A stretch of DNA of 64,000 nucleotides from an uncultured beta proteobacterium (GCA_903889565.1 CAISYC010000027.1:864-64863), one strand, 5' to 3'. Shown: positions 48,569 through 60,058, counted from the first letter of the stretch. Translations and numbers: made by a program. Notes: a model not told the origin generated them from the letters alone.

Positions 48569-49702
48569 CTAGCGCACAACCAGCAGGCGGTCGGTGTCGG
48601 CGTAATCGGACAGCAATTCGCAACCGGTGGTCGTGACCAGCATCATGTCCTTGTTCTGCATGCCGTAGCCGTAACCGGTCTGATAACACAGCGGCTCGAC
48701 ACCGAGCACCATGCCCGCTTCGAGTTGCGCGTCACCGGTTTTGCCGATCTCCGGCGTTTTGCCGATATAAGGGTCTTCGTGCAGATGCAGACCGATGCCA
48801 TGGCCGACGAAGGAAATCGGCGGCAGATTCAACTCGGCAAGCTTGCGGATAAAGGCGTCGTAGATGGCGCGGCAGCTCGCGCCCGGCTTGATCATATCCA
48901 TCAGCAGATATTTGCACTCGACGAGGTTCTGCCAGATTTGCTCGGCATGCGCCGGCGCGCGCTGCACGACCGCGGTGCGGCAGACACCGGCCTGATAACC
49001 CGCGATCACGGAAAAAGTCTCGACGCGGCAGACGTCTTCCGCCACGAGCTTGCGCTCGGTGGGGCCGACGTTGGGCAACTGGCTGCGCTCGCCGGTGGCA
49101 ACGATCATCAATTTGAAATGCTCGGCGCCCAGCGTGTAGATATTGCGCGTCATGTGCGCGGCGATATCCATTTCGCTGTCGCCCGTTTTCACCGCGGCCA
49201 GGGTATCGGTAATCGACTGGTCGGCGATGCGCGACAGACGGCGCAGCAAAGTAATTTCATCGGCGGTCTTGATCTGCCGCAGGCGCGCGAGTATCGCCTC
49301 ATTGGCGCTGAATGTCGCGCGCGGCAATTCGCGTACGAGCCGCGCGAAATCGCCGGCCGGCAGGTAGTCCATTTCGATGCCGATGCGCGCCGACGCCAGA
49401 CCAAGGTCTTTCAACTGACTCGCCAGCACCGCCATCGCGCTGTCGGTGAATTCGGCCCAGATGCGCGACGGCGTATCCGGTTCGCGGCGCTTGATGGTGG
49501 TCGCTTCCATATCGACGCCGAAAAGCGCCGTCTTGCCGTCGGCGGTGACGATCACCATGGCGTGACGATGACGGATCAGCGGTTGCGACGGCACGACGAA
49601 GCCCGTCAGGTACGCAAAGTTTTCCGGCGAGCAGGAGATCATGGCGTCGAGCCCTGCCGCCTGCATCGCCTTGACCTGCTTGTTGACGATTTCTTGTCTC
49701 AT
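48569..49702 (-). CDS. M24 pita-bread-fold hydrolase (creatinase/Xaa-Pro family)
   Basis: ENFAYLTGF, RQIKTADEI, GHGIGL, VEP. Confidence 0.85.
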   Translation of the reverse strand: MRQEIVNKQVKAMQAAGLDAMISCSPENFAYLTGFVVPSQPLIRHRHAMVIVTADGKTALFGVDMEATTIKRREPDTPSRIWAEFTDSAMAVLASQLKDLGLASARIGIEMDYLPAGDFARLVRELPRATFSANEAILARLRQIKTADEITLLRRLSRIADQSITDTLAAVKTGDSEMDIAAHMTRNIYTLGAEHFKLMIVATGERSQLPNVGPTERKLVAEDVCRVETFSVIAGYQAGVCRTAVVQRAPAHAEQIWQNLVECKYLLMDMIKPGASCRAIYDAFIRKLAELNLPPISFVGHGIGLHLHEDPYIGKTPEIGKTGDAQLEAGMVLGVEPLCYQTGYGYGMQNKDMMLVTTTGCELLSDYADTDRLLVVR

Positions 49703-49706
49703 GTGA

Positions 49707-50867
49707 TCAGGCGGTGGTGCCGTATTTTTCGATTTTGGCTTCGTCCACCGCGATGCCCATGCCCGGCGCCATCGGCACTTCGATCGCGCCATCGACCAAT
49801 TTCATCGGCGCGACGAGCAGATCGTCCTTGTAATAGATGCCGGCAATGCGGCCATTCTGGAACTCGGCCGGTGTCGACACCGGAATCACGCAGGACAGCG
49901 TGGCCGCCGGCGCCGCCGCGGCCAGCTGCACATTGGCCAGATTGCCGACGCCGGTTTCGATCGAGCCGTTGACGTTGCAGACGATGCCCGCGGCGCGGCA
50001 CACCGCGGCGACTTCCATCGCGCGATAAAGTCCGCCGGGTTTGGTGGTGTAGATCGAAACGATGTCGATCGCATGCTGCTCGGCGATCTCGATCGCATCG
50101 TGGGCGTTCCACGCCGATTCGTCGGCCATCACCGGCGTGTCAAGCGCGCGCGCCACCTCGGCAATGCGGGCTATGCCCATGCACGGCTGCTCGGCGTATT
50201 TGAGGCGCTGCTTTTCCATCTCGCGCAATACGACGATCGCCTCGCCCGGTGTCTTGTAGCCTTCATTCGCATCGACGCAGAGGTCGATGTCGGGGCCGGC
50301 GGCATTGCGCACGGCGCGCACCATCTCGATGTCGCGTCTGGCATCGACGCCGATCTTGATCTTGATGGTCTTGATGCCTTCTTTGACCACCTGCGCGACC
50401 TCTTTCTCCGCCTCGGCAATCGCGATCAGGCCGATCGAGTGCGTGACCGGCACGCGGGTGCGCGCAGAGCCGCCGAGCAGCGTATGCACGGGCACGTTGA
50501 GCGTTTTGCCGGCGAGATCGTAGGCCGCGAATTCGACCGCCGACTTCGCGTATGGATAGCCCTTGATCACGGCATCCATGCGCGCGTGCAGTTCGACGAT
50601 GTTGCAGGCATCGACCCCTTTGACGGCGGGGCCGAGATAGCGCGCGATGATCAATTCGACGATGGCGGCCGATTCGCCGAAGTAACGGCCGAACTCGCCG
50701 CCCCAGTCTTTAAGCGCCGCGGCTTCGCCCCAGCCGCTGCGACCGTCTTCATCCGTCATTTTGGTCAGGATGTAGCGGCCGATCGGTTCGGTGAGGCCGG
50801 TCCATTTGTGTTCGCGCCGCGTCGGCAACTGCACGACGATGGTTTCGATGGAAGCAATACGGCTCAC
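49707..50867 (-). CDS. Mandelate racemase/muconate lactonizing enzyme family
   Basis: GWGEA, KIKIG, DANEG, EQP, DES, KPGG. Confidence 0.88.
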   Translation of the reverse strand: MSRIASIETIVVQLPTRREHKWTGLTEPIGRYILTKMTDEDGRSGWGEAAALKDWGGEFGRYFGESAAIVELIIARYLGPAVKGVDACNIVELHARMDAVIKGYPYAKSAVEFAAYDLAGKTLNVPVHTLLGGSARTRVPVTHSIGLIAIAEAEKEVAQVVKEGIKTIKIKIGVDARRDIEMVRAVRNAAGPDIDLCVDANEGYKTPGEAIVVLREMEKQRLKYAEQPCMGIARIAEVARALDTPVMADESAWNAHDAIEIAEQHAIDIVSIYTTKPGGLYRAMEVAAVCRAAGIVCNVNGSIETGVGNLANVQLAAAAPAATLSCVIPVSTPAEFQNGRIAGIYYKDDLLVAPMKLVDGAIEVPMAPGMGIAVDEAKIEKYGTTA

Positions 50868-50959
50868 GGGACTCTCGTGATCAGGTTGGTTTGGGGAATC
50901 AGCGGAAATTGCGCAGGATAATCGAAGTGCAGTTTATCGGTGAAGCAGTAGCGGCGCAA

Positions 50960-53257
50960 TCAAGCGCCCTTCGCCTGACGCGCGGCCTCGATCAATTGCC
51001 ACACGCGCGGTTGCGTCAGCGGCAGCGCATTGATCTCTACGCCGAGTGAAGCGAGGGCCGCGGCGACGGCATTGGCGATGACACCGCCGACCGGAATGAT
51101 GCCACCCTCGCCCGCGCCCTTGGTGCCGAGCGGATTGAGCGGCGACGGATATTGTTCGAGTGCGATTGCGCGGATGCACGGGAAATCGATGGCGCAGGGG
51201 ATCAGATAGGCCGCGAGCGAACCGGTCTGCAACTGGCCCTCGGCGTCGTAGATCATCTGTTCGAGCAGCGTGCCGCCGAGGCCCTGCACGATGGCGCCTA
51301 CGGTCTGGCCGTGCAGCGTATTCGGATTAAGAATGCGCCCGACATCTTCGACCGCAAGGTAATCGAGCACCGACACCTGGCCGGTGCGCGGATCGACCGT
51401 GACGTGCGCGGCGTGCGCGCCGTAGCTGTAGGTGCGCTTCGCGTTGCTGAAGGTGCCGTCTGCCCTGAAACCATCGGGCGACAGTTCGGCGAGCGTCATT
51501 CTGCGCGCGCCGGCGCTGACCGCGCGCAGACCATCCACGATCGCAACCTCGGCCGGCGCGCAACCGAATTGTCCGGCGGCCATTTCGCAAATCGCTTTTT
51601 TCAGATTCTCCGCGCAGACCAGAATGGCCGAACCGCCCATCACCGATGCGCGCGAGCCGAAAGAGCCGAAGCCTTCGTGAATGCCGGTGGTGGAACCGTG
51701 ATGCACGGCCTGTATATGTTCAAGCGGAATCTCGAGCGCATCGGCGGCGATCTGCGCAAACACGGTTTCGAGTCCCTGGCCGACCGCCGAGGCGCCGACG
51801 GTGACCGTGACCTGCCCCGCGGCATCGAGCACCATGCGCGCGTTTTCGCGCGGGCCGGTGGAGCCGCCCTCGACGTAACAACCGATGCCGAGACCATGAT
51901 AAACGCCGTCGATCAAGCGGCCCTGCAGCGCACTCTTCGCCGTCCAGTCGAATTCGGCGAGGCAGCGCTCGAGCGTGACGCGATATTCGCCGCTGTCGAA
52001 CTCGCCGCTGCCGCCGTAGGGCAGAATCTTCGGCAGGGCGTAGGGCATGTCGGTGGCAGCGACCAGATTGCGCCGGCGCATCTCGACGCGATCGATACCC
52101 AGTTCGGCGGCGGCGATGTCGATCAGGCGCTCGCGGCAAAAGTCGGTTTCGAAACGTCCCGGCGCGCGATAGGTGCCGACCGGCGTCTTGTTGCTGAGGT
52201 AGAGCGTGACGTCCATCTGCACGTGCGGGATCCGGTAAGGGCCGGGCAGCATCTGCGCCATGTTGCGCGAGGGCGTCACCGCATTCGGCCGCGCATAGGC
52301 GCCGAGGTTGGTCCACGCGCACCCGCGCAGGCCGAGTATGCTGCCGTCGCGGCGGCAGGCGATTTCGAGTTCGCATTCGACTTCGCGCGCGTGCGTGGTC
52401 GCCATCAGATGCTCGCGGCGGTCCTCGACCCATTTGACCGGGGCGTTCAATTTGCGCGCCGCGAACGGAATCAAATAATCCTCGGGGAAAAATTCCCCGC
52501 GCGCGCCGAAGCCGCCGCCGATGTCGGTTTCGACCGCATCGACCGCATGTACGGGCAGGCCGAGCATTTTCGCCAGCGCGGCACGCACGAAGAACGGCAC
52601 CTTGGCGGCACCCGACAATGTAAGCCGGCCCTGCGCCGCATTCCATTCAGCGATGAGACCGCGCGTTTCCATCGGGATTGCGGCATGACGATGCACGCTG
52701 AAGGTTTCTCGCCGCGTGTAAGCGGCCTCCCTGAACGCCTGTTCGATATCGCCGCGCACGGCGCTCAATGTCGCGGCCAGATTGCTGCCGCAGTCGTCGA
52801 ACAGCAGTACCGCGCCGTTTTCAAGACTGCGGCGGTCGGTGACGGCGGGCAGGGCCTCGATATCGATGTCCACCGCATTCGCGGCATCCTCGGCGATCGC
52901 CGCGCTGTCGGCGACCACCAGCGCGACCGGCTCGCCGACATAACGCACCTTATCGCGCGCGATCACCGGTTGCACGACGCGGTCAAGCGACGGCTGCGAT
53001 TCGGAGCGCACGGCGATGGCCGGAATGTTGTTGCCAAGATCGGCCGCGGTGATCACCGCGCGCACACCGGGCATCGCCAGCGCCGCCGCGCAATCGATGG
53101 CGCGAATGCGGCCGTGGGCAACTGCACTGCGCACCACCGATGCATGCAGCAGCCGGTCACGGGCCAGATCGTCTATGTACTGCCCGCGCCCCCTGAGGAA
53201 CCGCAGATCTTCGATACGCTCGACGGGAGTTCCGATATAGGAATCCCGGCGTTTCAT
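50960..53257 (-). CDS. Xanthine dehydrogenase-family molybdopterin large subunit
   Basis: IGGGFGARG, YRAPGR, GQG, KGAGEGG. Confidence 0.9.
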   Translation of the reverse strand: MKRRDSYIGTPVERIEDLRFLRGRGQYIDDLARDRLLHASVVRSAVAHGRIRAIDCAAALAMPGVRAVITAADLGNNIPAIAVRSESQPSLDRVVQPVIARDKVRYVGEPVALVVADSAAIAEDAANAVDIDIEALPAVTDRRSLENGAVLLFDDCGSNLAATLSAVRGDIEQAFREAAYTRRETFSVHRHAAIPMETRGLIAEWNAAQGRLTLSGAAKVPFFVRAALAKMLGLPVHAVDAVETDIGGGFGARGEFFPEDYLIPFAARKLNAPVKWVEDRREHLMATTHAREVECELEIACRRDGSILGLRGCAWTNLGAYARPNAVTPSRNMAQMLPGPYRIPHVQMDVTLYLSNKTPVGTYRAPGRFETDFCRERLIDIAAAELGIDRVEMRRRNLVAATDMPYALPKILPYGGSGEFDSGEYRVTLERCLAEFDWTAKSALQGRLIDGVYHGLGIGCYVEGGSTGPRENARMVLDAAGQVTVTVGASAVGQGLETVFAQIAADALEIPLEHIQAVHHGSTTGIHEGFGSFGSRASVMGGSAILVCAENLKKAICEMAAGQFGCAPAEVAIVDGLRAVSAGARRMTLAELSPDGFRADGTFSNAKRTYSYGAHAAHVTVDPRTGQVSVLDYLAVEDVGRILNPNTLHGQTVGAIVQGLGGTLLEQMIYDAEGQLQTGSLAAYLIPCAIDFPCIRAIALEQYPSPLNPLGTKGAGEGGIIPVGGVIANAVAAALASLGVEINALPLTQPRVWQLIEAARQAKGA

Positions 53258-53739
53258 GATGTGCCGTTGCGGCCGTGTTTCCGGTACGCCGCGCGCGCTT
53301 CGAGCACGGCTTCGACAATGCCGATGTAGCCGGTGCAGCGGCAAAGATTGCCGGAGAGCGCTTCGCGCACGCGATGTTCGTCGCAATCCGGCTCGGCAAT
53401 CAGCAGCGCGTGCGCGGTCATCAACATGCCCGGCGTGCAGAAGCCGCATTGCAAAGCGTGGTGACGGCGAAACGAAGCCTGCAGCGGCGCGAGCGTGTCG
53501 CCATCGGCAAGGCTTTCAACGGTCTGGATCGTAGCGCCGTCGGCCTGCACCGCGAGCATCAGGCAGCCGCGCACGGGCTTGCCATCGACTATGACGGTGC
53601 AGGCGCCGCAGACGCCGTGCTCGCAACCGACGTGCGTGCCGGTGAGCCCGAGTTCGTGACGCAGACAATCGACCAGCGTCATTCGCGGTTCGATATCGAC
53701 GCTACGCCGTATGCCGTTGACGCTGAATTTCGTCTGCAT
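53254..53739 (-). CDS. (2Fe-2S) small subunit (CoxS-like)
   Basis: GCEHGVCGACTV, QCGFCTPG, CRCTGY. Confidence 0.92.
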   Translation of the reverse strand: MQTKFSVNGIRRSVDIEPRMTLVDCLRHELGLTGTHVGCEHGVCGACTVIVDGKPVRGCLMLAVQADGATIQTVESLADGDTLAPLQASFRRHHALQCGFCTPGMLMTAHALLIAEPDCDEHRVREALSGNLCRCTGYIGIVEAVLEARAAYRKHGRNGTS

Positions 53740-53742
53740 GGG

Positions 53743-54597
53743 TTAACGCCCGCGTGCCCGCTGGAGCGCGCGTTCGGTCAGGGTTTCGACCAGTGAACGG
53801 CGGTAGGCGGCAGGCGCATCGATATCGTCGGCGGGGTCAACCGCGGCGGCGGCGGCCTTTGCGGTTTCAAGAATCGCGGCCTCATCAACAACGCGGCCGT
53901 TCAGCGCCGCCTCGGCTTCGGCGATGCGCTGCAGTTTCGAACTCGCACCGATCACACCGATGTGCGTATTGGCGGCAACGCCACCCTGCAGATCGTAATA
54001 GAGCGCGATGCCGGCCAGCGCGAAGGCGCCGTGCTGGCGTGCAAATTCTTCAAAAGCCCAGCGCCGCGCTGGCGGCCATGGCGGCAGACGCAGTTCGGTG
54101 ACCAATTCGTCGTGCGCGAGCGACGTCATCATCGGCCCGACGAAAAAATCCTGTGCCGCGATCGCGCGCGTGCCGGCGCTGCCGATGACAACGATTTCGG
54201 CGTCGCAGGTCACCGCTATGCCCGGCAATTCGGCCGCCGTGTCGGCGTGCGCAAGACTGCCGCCAACGGTGCCGCGACTGCGGATCGGATAATGCGCAAT
54301 GTAATTCACCGCTTCGGCGAGCAGCGGATGCGCCGAGGCGAGCCGTTCGTCCTGTTCGATATCACACCAGCGCACTTTCGCGCCAAGGCTGACCCCGGTT
54401 GCGGAAACCGTGATCGCATCCAAACCGGGAATGCAGCGCAGATCCACCAGCAACGATGGCGCAGCGAGACGAAAGGCGAGAATGGGGATCAGGCTCTGTC
54501 CGCCGGAGATCGGCAACGCGTCGGCGTGAGTTGCAAGCAGCGCGATCGCTTCTGCAAGCGTTTGCGGCGCGGCGTAATCGAAGGCGGGTAATTTCAC
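53743..54597 (-). CDS. FAD-binding medium subunit (CoxM-like)
   Basis: SGGQSL, RGTVGGSLAHAD, YRRSL. Confidence 0.9.
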   Translation of the reverse strand: MKLPAFDYAAPQTLAEAIALLATHADALPISGGQSLIPILAFRLAAPSLLVDLRCIPGLDAITVSATGVSLGAKVRWCDIEQDERLASAHPLLAEAVNYIAHYPIRSRGTVGGSLAHADTAAELPGIAVTCDAEIVVIGSAGTRAIAAQDFFVGPMMTSLAHDELVTELRLPPWPPARRWAFEEFARQHGAFALAGIALYYDLQGGVAANTHIGVIGASSKLQRIAEAEAALNGRVVDEAAILETAKAAAAAVDPADDIDAPAAYRRSLVETLTERALQRARGR

Positions 54598-54687
54598 GGC
54601 TGCTGTCGATCCGCCCGCGAAGAAATAGTTGGTGGCAAGAGCGTAACTCCACCTGTTGATTTTGCCGGGCTACGCTCGGCGAAATCG

Positions 54688-54733
54688 TGGTGGCAAGGAC
54701 GGAATTGAACCGCCGACACAAGGATTTTCAGTC
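54688..54733 (-). repeat. att site: duplicated 3' half of tRNA-Phe
   Basis: tggtggcaaggacggaattgaaccgccgacacaaggattttcagtc matches 56878-56924 apart from one missing C. Confidence 0.9.
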
Positions 54734-55084
54734 GAGCCCAAGAGATTTTCGGAAAATTCCCGATACTTACTATCTCATTGATTTCGTTGTCTCAACGAAC
54801 GCTCAGCTGATTTCGATGAACCACGCGACCTACCGATTTTTCCCCGGTTTTCTTGGCACAATTACACAGGAATTACACAAACTTTTCGGTGCGAAATAAC
54901 GCTACTTTCGTACACACGAGCAATTATATCCATCGATTAACTCGTCCGCGCAAATATCGCTAATTTTCATTTGGTCGAGTCAAAGCGATTGCGAAGTGCG
55001 CGCCAAAAATCCCAACCGTATGACCAGTTGGTATTTATAAGTGGTGGTGGAGCAATCCGGAAACGAACCCGCGTCCCATGTTGC

Positions 55085-56392
55085 TCAGGCGATCCGCTGC
55101 GTCATCTCTTTGATGACGGTGTGAAGAATGGTTCGGAGGCAACGTGATTCGCCTGCCATGGTTGCGGACAGCTCGGGGCGCGCATGGGCGATCTGGGCAT
55201 TCTTGCTTTCAACCTCGGCGTACAGAGCTTCGGCCTCCTGCACAGCGCGACTGCGCAGGTTTTCAAGTAGGCGCTCGGCCGTGCCTTTGGCCAGATTCAA
55301 CGACGCGCCAGCATCAAGCAGCAAATTACGGTTGATGCCCGAGAAGTGGCTGACACCCAGAATCGGCCAAGCAAGCGGGGTTTGAGCGGGCCAACCTTTT
55401 TTGTCGTAGGCGGGCGTTTCATACGTGGCAACGCTGAGCAAGTCGTAGAACGGCGCCAACTGAACGCCCTCATGCGAGACCAGGAAGCTCAGGTTTTTCA
55501 GGTGGGCGTCGCTGTTGCCGACCAGCACATTGAACACAAGCCAGCCAAAGAGCCGGGAGCGCGCCACCGCCGGAGCACGACAGGCAGTGGCCAGTGCTGC
55601 CAGATTCCCCATGCTGCCCTGGCTGTATTTGAAGCTGCGGTCCAGCCCCAGCAATTGGCAGGCATCGATCACATGTCGGCGTTGCCAACCGTGCGCATCG
55701 AGAATCCGGTCAAAGCGATCAACCAGATACACCGGCGATGGCACGTAGCGACGATGCACATCGGGCACATTCAGGTCGAGCCGCTTGGCCAGGCGCATCA
55801 CGAACCACTCATTGATCACGGAATGGGGGTAGTCTTCATCTGGGTGATCGGGCTTCAGGATATGAGTTGATGGTGTAGCGCCAGCTGGTTCAAATAGCGC
55901 GCCCTCTTGCAGGACGACTGCCAACTTGTGCTGCGCACCGGCCAGCGACATGCGCTTGATGGCAGCATGCGTCAGCGGCGCCTTGGGCAACTGACGGATG
56001 CGGGCCTCCAGAGCATCGTCCGGCAACGGGCGCAGTGGCTCAGCGACTTGAGGAGCCGCATCCGGTAGCAGCAAAGTTACCGACCCTGCCGATTCCGCAC
56101 CGTAGCAGGCCAGCAAGCCAAAGGCATCTGCCGTATCCAGCTTGGCGTCCCCGGCCAGCAAAACACGTTGCCCCTCTTCCGGTAGCAGGTTGTCGAAATA
56201 CCACTGCACAGGACGCTGGCTTGCGCCATCCAGCAAAGACTCTGCCGTCTTTGGAAGATGAGGGCTGAGCGCGAAGCCCAGCGGATTGTTCAGCCAGGCA
56301 CTCGCGTATTTGAAGCTCCAGAGGCCGGCCACTTCCTCCAAGGTGCCGACTTCAGTCTGATTGATCGAAGCGCGTAGGAACCGGCCGTTCAT
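55085..56392 (-). CDS. hipA: HipA-family Ser/Thr kinase toxin
   Basis: FDNLLPEEG, SLAGAQHK, HILKP, RFDR, GNSDAHLKNLS, LAPFYDL. Confidence 0.92.
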   Translation of the reverse strand: MNGRFLRASINQTEVGTLEEVAGLWSFKYASAWLNNPLGFALSPHLPKTAESLLDGASQRPVQWYFDNLLPEEGQRVLLAGDAKLDTADAFGLLACYGAESAGSVTLLLPDAAPQVAEPLRPLPDDALEARIRQLPKAPLTHAAIKRMSLAGAQHKLAVVLQEGALFEPAGATPSTHILKPDHPDEDYPHSVINEWFVMRLAKRLDLNVPDVHRRYVPSPVYLVDRFDRILDAHGWQRRHVIDACQLLGLDRSFKYSQGSMGNLAALATACRAPAVARSRLFGWLVFNVLVGNSDAHLKNLSFLVSHEGVQLAPFYDLLSVATYETPAYDKKGWPAQTPLAWPILGVSHFSGINRNLLLDAGASLNLAKGTAERLLENLRSRAVQEAEALYAEVESKNAQIAHARPELSATMAGESRCLRTILHTVIKEMTQRIA

Positions 56393-56655
56393 TGCTTGTC
56401 CTTGCTGTTTACTGCCTCGTTCAAATAGACGGCCACGCTTTCGGGCACATCCACCATCACTCGGACCCCCAGCCCTTCAAGCACTTGAAAGAGCTTGCCC
56501 CATTGCACGGATTCGCTGCCACGTTCGATCTTGCCCAGGAAGTTTTCGCTGACGCCGATGCTGCCTGCAGCATCGTCTTGGCGGATCTTCTGGGCCTTGC
56601 GGCTGGCGCGCACCACGTTGCCGATCGCTGCTGCGTTATCGATGGGTATCTTCAT
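56389..56655 (-). CDS. hipB: HipB-like HTH antitoxin
   Basis: IGNVVRASRKAQKIRQDDAA..GVSENFLGKIERG; overlaps the hipA start. Confidence 0.88.
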   Translation of the reverse strand: MKIPIDNAAAIGNVVRASRKAQKIRQDDAAGSIGVSENFLGKIERGSESVQWGKLFQVLEGLGVRVMVDVPESVAVYLNEAVNSKDKQ

Positions 56656-56659
56656 GATT

Positions 56660-56780
56660 AATCCTCACGTTTGTGAGGATTCTGCACTAGATGGGCGCGT
56701 TTGGCAATAAATCCTTTTGATCGTGCGGATTTTGTATGTATACGGTCTTGTTTTGTAAAAATCATCACGACCCTGAGGCT
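56660..56780. promoter_or_regulatory. Three putative HipB operators and a sigma70 promoter
   Basis: ATCC-N12-GGAT at 56661 and 56711, degenerate copy at 56761; TTGCCA-17-CAGAAT on the minus strand. Confidence 0.65.
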
Positions 56781-56877
56781 TTCAATCGATCGACAGACAA
56801 AAACCTACACAGCGCCTACACGAACGGATAAAAACCCAATCGCGTTGGACGACATATTGTTAAGTCATTGTTTTTAA

Positions 56878-56953
<76 letters not shown>

Positions 56954-57102
56954 GTATCGAGACTGGCCGCGAACGCGGTCAGGGCGACAAATTACAAAAG
57001 GGCGCTATTAAAACCTTAATGCAGTGATGCGTCAAGAAAGCGCCGGCTTGATTTTACCTCATCCGGCGATGCGACGTTTCGTGCAGTGCGATTGCGCTGC
57101 AG

Positions 57103-57137
57103 AAAAAGAAAGCCCCGCTTGCGCGGGGCCTTCTTTT
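57103..57137 (-). terminator. Rho-independent terminator of groESL
   Basis: GGCCCCGC-GCAA-GCGGGGCT stem-loop followed by a U-tract on the minus strand. Confidence 0.8.
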
Positions 57138-57191
57138 GAATCGTTTCCCGGGCGAACCCGGGTGGATTTGCAATCAGCGCGCGAGCGCGAA

Positions 57192-58871
<1,680 letters not shown>

Positions 58872-59159
58872 TTATTCAATGACGCCCATGATGTCTTCTT
58901 CGCGCATCACGAGCAGTTCTTCGCCTTCAACCTTGACGGTTTGGCCGGAATATTTGCCGAACAGCACGCGATCGCCGACTTTGATGTCGAGCGGGCGGAT
59001 TTTGCCGTCTTCCAGCACTTTGCCCTTGCCGATGGCTTTGACTTCGCCTTGATCGGGTTTTTCGGCTGCGGTATCGGGAATGACGATGCCCGAGGCGGTC
59101 TTGCGTTCTTCCTCAAGCCGCTTGACGATCAGGCGGTCGTGTAAAGGACGAATCTTCAT
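58872..59159 (-). CDS. groS: Co-chaperonin GroES
   Basis: MKIRPLHDR...TASGIVIPD...FGKYSG. Confidence 0.99.
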   Translation of the reverse strand: MKIRPLHDRLIVKRLEEERKTASGIVIPDTAAEKPDQGEVKAIGKGKVLEDGKIRPLDIKVGDRVLFGKYSGQTVKVEGEELLVMREEDIMGVIE

Positions 59160-59209
59160 ACTTGTTTCTCCTCTGTGCGTTAACCGGGAAATCTAGAACG
59201 AAATCGTTA

Positions 59210-59236
59210 CTAGCACTCGTTGCGAGCGAGTGCTAA
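59210..59236. promoter_or_regulatory. CIRCE element (HrcA operator)
   Basis: CTAGCACTC-N9-GAGTGCTAA versus consensus TTAGCACTC-N9-GAGTGCTAA. Confidence 0.9.
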
Positions 59237-59265
59237 TAATAGGGGTTCACGGGATGAAATTCAAG
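59237..59265 (-). promoter_or_regulatory. sigma32-type promoter of groESL
   Basis: CTTGAA-14bp-CCCCTATT on the minus strand. Confidence 0.75.
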
Positions 59266-59372
59266 GGCTTGCGCGATGCAATCCCGGACCGCCACCGGCA
59301 GGCGGGGTCGCCACAACGATTATTTTACTTTAAATACAATGGCCTGCTGAGCGGCGGCCAACAGCGGCTATT

Positions 59373-60020
59373 TTAGTGGCAAGGATCGATCAGGGGGTTG
59401 GCAGCCGGCACCCCGAAGCGATAAACCGTCTTGCGGCTGCGGTCGCACTTCGGAGGAATCGGCACATGCGGGCAGGGGCCGCTGCGGCGGCCGGACTCAT
59501 CGAGCGTTGCATCGTCCGCGTATTCGCCCCAGATGCCGCCGCGCACCGGCCGGAACAGCCACATCAGATAGCCGCGCCGCGCCGCCACCTCGACGAGTTC
59601 GTCGGAGTCGGGCGCCTCGGCGACCACCATTTGATTGTTGTTGAGGCCGAACGGAAACGCACCGAAGGCCTGCAGACATTCCAGTGCCTCGCGCGATTCG
59701 GCGCCGGGCCGCATGCAACCCGGGCGTTCGGCGCGCTGCACATCCCACGCACCGAGTTCCCACGCGGCGTCCATTGCCGCGCGATCAACGGTAACTAGAT
59801 CGCTCCAGCGCTCGTTGAGTTGCAACGCGGAGCTTGGCACCGGCGTGAAGGCAACCGCTTCCGCCGCCGGAAGGTCGGCGAGTTTTTCCTTGATGAACGC
59901 GTGCCAGTGCAGCGTGAGTATCACCGGTGTATCGGCGCAGGGCACCGCGGCGACGGTGATCGCAAACAGCGGCAAGCCGGTTGCTGCGACCTGGTCTTCG
60001 ATGCGATCGAGTAGTTCCAT
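59373..60020 (-). CDS. Hypothetical protein
   Basis: 215-aa ORF with a strong GGAGGTG RBS; no recognised domain. Confidence 0.75.
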   Translation of the reverse strand: MELLDRIEDQVAATGLPLFAITVAAVPCADTPVILTLHWHAFIKEKLADLPAAEAVAFTPVPSSALQLNERWSDLVTVDRAAMDAAWELGAWDVQRAERPGCMRPGAESREALECLQAFGAFPFGLNNNQMVVAEAPDSDELVEVAARRGYLMWLFRPVRGGIWGEYADDATLDESGRRSGPCPHVPIPPKCDRSRKTVYRFGVPAANPLIDPCH

Positions 60021-60058
60021 GGCAAGATCACCTCCACAGGAATGCTACACTCACATGA

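Noticed and set aside
50960-54597. coxMSL as aerobic CO dehydrogenase
   Set aside because: The active-site loop is YRAPGR, not AYxCSFR (form I) or AYRGAGR (form II); it is a generic molybdo-hydroxylase.
54688-54733. Second tRNA-Phe gene
   Set aside because: Only the 3' half is present; it is an att duplication.
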